DNA of 18,492 bases, taken from NCBI GenBank assembly GCA_036676495.1, contig JAKFCT010000013.1, positions 1 to 18,492 of the forward strand, written 5' to 3'. This document shows positions 16,563 through 18,492 of the stretch, in pieces; position 1 is the stretch's first letter; each line of letters begins with the position of its first letter. This DNA is from Candidatus Sericytochromatia bacterium. GTDB lineage: Bacteria > Cyanobacteriota > Sericytochromatia > S15B-MN24 > UBA4093. A program made the translations under genes and the position numbers. Below the pieces are notes generated by a model. That model saw only the letters and a list, made by a program, of their open reading frames with translations. It was not told the origin of the DNA and did not search any database.

Positions 16563-17392
16563 CCGAGACCCTGAGCATCGACGGCCGTCCCTGGCACGTC
16601 CACCTCCAGGGAGAGGCCTCGGATCCCGCCTTGCTGCTGCTTCACGGCTTCACGGGTTCCGGCGCCAACTGGCAGGACTTTGCCGACAAGCTCACGGGCT
16701 GGCGCATCATCGCCCCGGATCTTCCCGGCCACGGGACGTCGGCTCCTCCGGTCGGGACCATGCCCGCCGTGGCCCAGGATCTCGTCGCCTTGCTCGACCG
16801 ATTGGGCGTGGAGCAAGCCGTCGTGATTGGCTACTCGATGGGCGGCCGGCTGGCTTTGCACCTGGCCCTTCATGCTCCCGAGCGGATCCGCGCCCTGGTG
16901 GTCGTGGGAGCGACTCCCGGCCTGAGCGATCCTCAGGCCCGCGAGGCGCGGGTCTCGGCCGATGAGGCCCTGGCCCAGCGGATCGAGGCCTCTTACGCGG
17001 AGTTCGTGAGGGACTGGGAAGCGCTGCCTCTGTTCGCGACCCAGCAGGCGCTGGCCCCGGAGACCAAGGAGCGGATCGGCGCGATTCGCCGCTCGCATGA
17101 TCCTCAGGCCCTGGCTTCGGCCCTGCGCCTCATGGGCACCGGATCCCAGGAGCCCCTGCATGAGCAGCTCAGTCGGCTGACGATGCCGGTTCTCTGGGTG
17201 GCCGGAGAGTACGACGCGAAGTTCCGGGACATCGCCCAGAGCGTCCAGGACCGCTTGCCGAACGCCAAGGTCGCCATCCTTCCCTACGCCGGCCACGCGG
17301 TTCACCTCGAGCGCCCGAGCGCGTTCCGGACGCTCTTCACCGCCTTCGCGGAGAAGCTTTCCCCTGTCCCCCCCCGACGATCCGATCGCTGA
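16556..17392 (+). CDS. menH: SHCHC synthase (alpha/beta hydrolase)
   Basis: Motifs LLHGFTGS, DLPGHG, nucleophile elbow GYSMGGR, GEYDAKF and AGHAVHLERP. Lies between menD and menB. Confidence 0.93.
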   Translation: MLTETLSIDGRPWHVHLQGEASDPALLLLHGFTGSGANWQDFADKLTGWRIIAPDLPGHGTSAPPVGTMPAVAQDLVALLDRLGVEQAVVIGYSMGGRLALHLALHAPERIRALVVVGATPGLSDPQAREARVSADEALAQRIEASYAEFVRDWEALPLFATQQALAPETKERIGAIRRSHDPQALASALRLMGTGSQEPLHEQLSRLTMPVLWVAGEYDAKFRDIAQSVQDRLPNAKVAILPYAGHAVHLERPSAFRTLFTAFAEKLSPVPPRRSDR

Positions 17393-17440
17393 GCGGATTC
17401 GTTCGCGTTGTTGATACCGAAACAAGGAGATACATTCGAC

Positions 17441-18274
<834 letters not shown>

Positions 18275-18277
18275 GCC

Positions 18278-18492
18278 ATGCAGACCGCCGTCGCCGCGAA
18301 TCCCGTGAAGGTCTGGGTGCTGGCGTCTCGCCCCCGCACCCTGCCGGCGGCCGTCGCTCCGGTCGTCGTGGGCATGGCACTCGCCATCGCCCACGGCGTC
18401 TTTGCCTGGGGGCCGGCCCTCGCCGCCATGCTGGGGGCCTGCTTCATCCAGATCGGGACCAACTTCGCCAACGATTACTTCGACTTCAAGTC
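18278..18492 (+). CDS. menA: 1,4-dihydroxy-2-naphthoate polyprenyltransferase (3'-truncated by window)
   Basis: ATG 18278 reads [32 protein letters not shown]...[17 protein letters not shown], containing the UbiA-family RPxTL and NxxNDYxD motifs of MenA. Not in the ORF track. Confidence 0.95.
   Translation, partial: MQTAVAANPVKVWVLASRPRTLPAAVAPVVVGMALAIAHGVFAWGPALAAMLGACFIQIGTNFANDYFDFK

Noticed and set aside
17407-17426. TTGTT-N8-AACAA / FNR-like TTGAT motif upstream of menB
   Set aside because: The arms are only 5 bp and the second FNR half-site matches poorly. It is more simply explained as an AT-rich ribosome-loading region.

Overview
High-GC bacterial chromosomal region made mostly of core genes, with no mobile elements, CRISPR arrays or RNA genes detected. 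From left to right: (1) the 3' end of rplJ and all of rplL, closed by a hairpin terminator and not followed by rpoB. (2) A tightly coupled three-gene envelope operon with its own sigma70-type promoter, encoding a ~1015-aa exported TPR protein, a 548-aa TonB-dependent-receptor-like beta-barrel that has a TonB-box-like motif but apparently no plug domain, and a TonB. (3) A GAF/HD-GYP phosphodiesterase coupled to a GbsR/MarR-family regulator. (4) A general-stress pyridoxamine-phosphate-oxidase-like gene, an orphan lipoprotein and a CYTH protein. (5) A menaquinone divergon: polyprenyl diphosphate synthase-menG-lipM-like on the minus strand and menF-menD-menH-menB-menA (truncated) on the plus strand. 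The two arms appear to be driven by mirror-image back-to-back promoters whose -35 boxes form one 18-bp palindrome. The best candidates for novelty are the TPR/plug-less barrel/TonB module and a possible GbsR-controlled menaquinone divergon. L12 features suggest a non-photosynthetic relative of Cyanobacteria (inference only).
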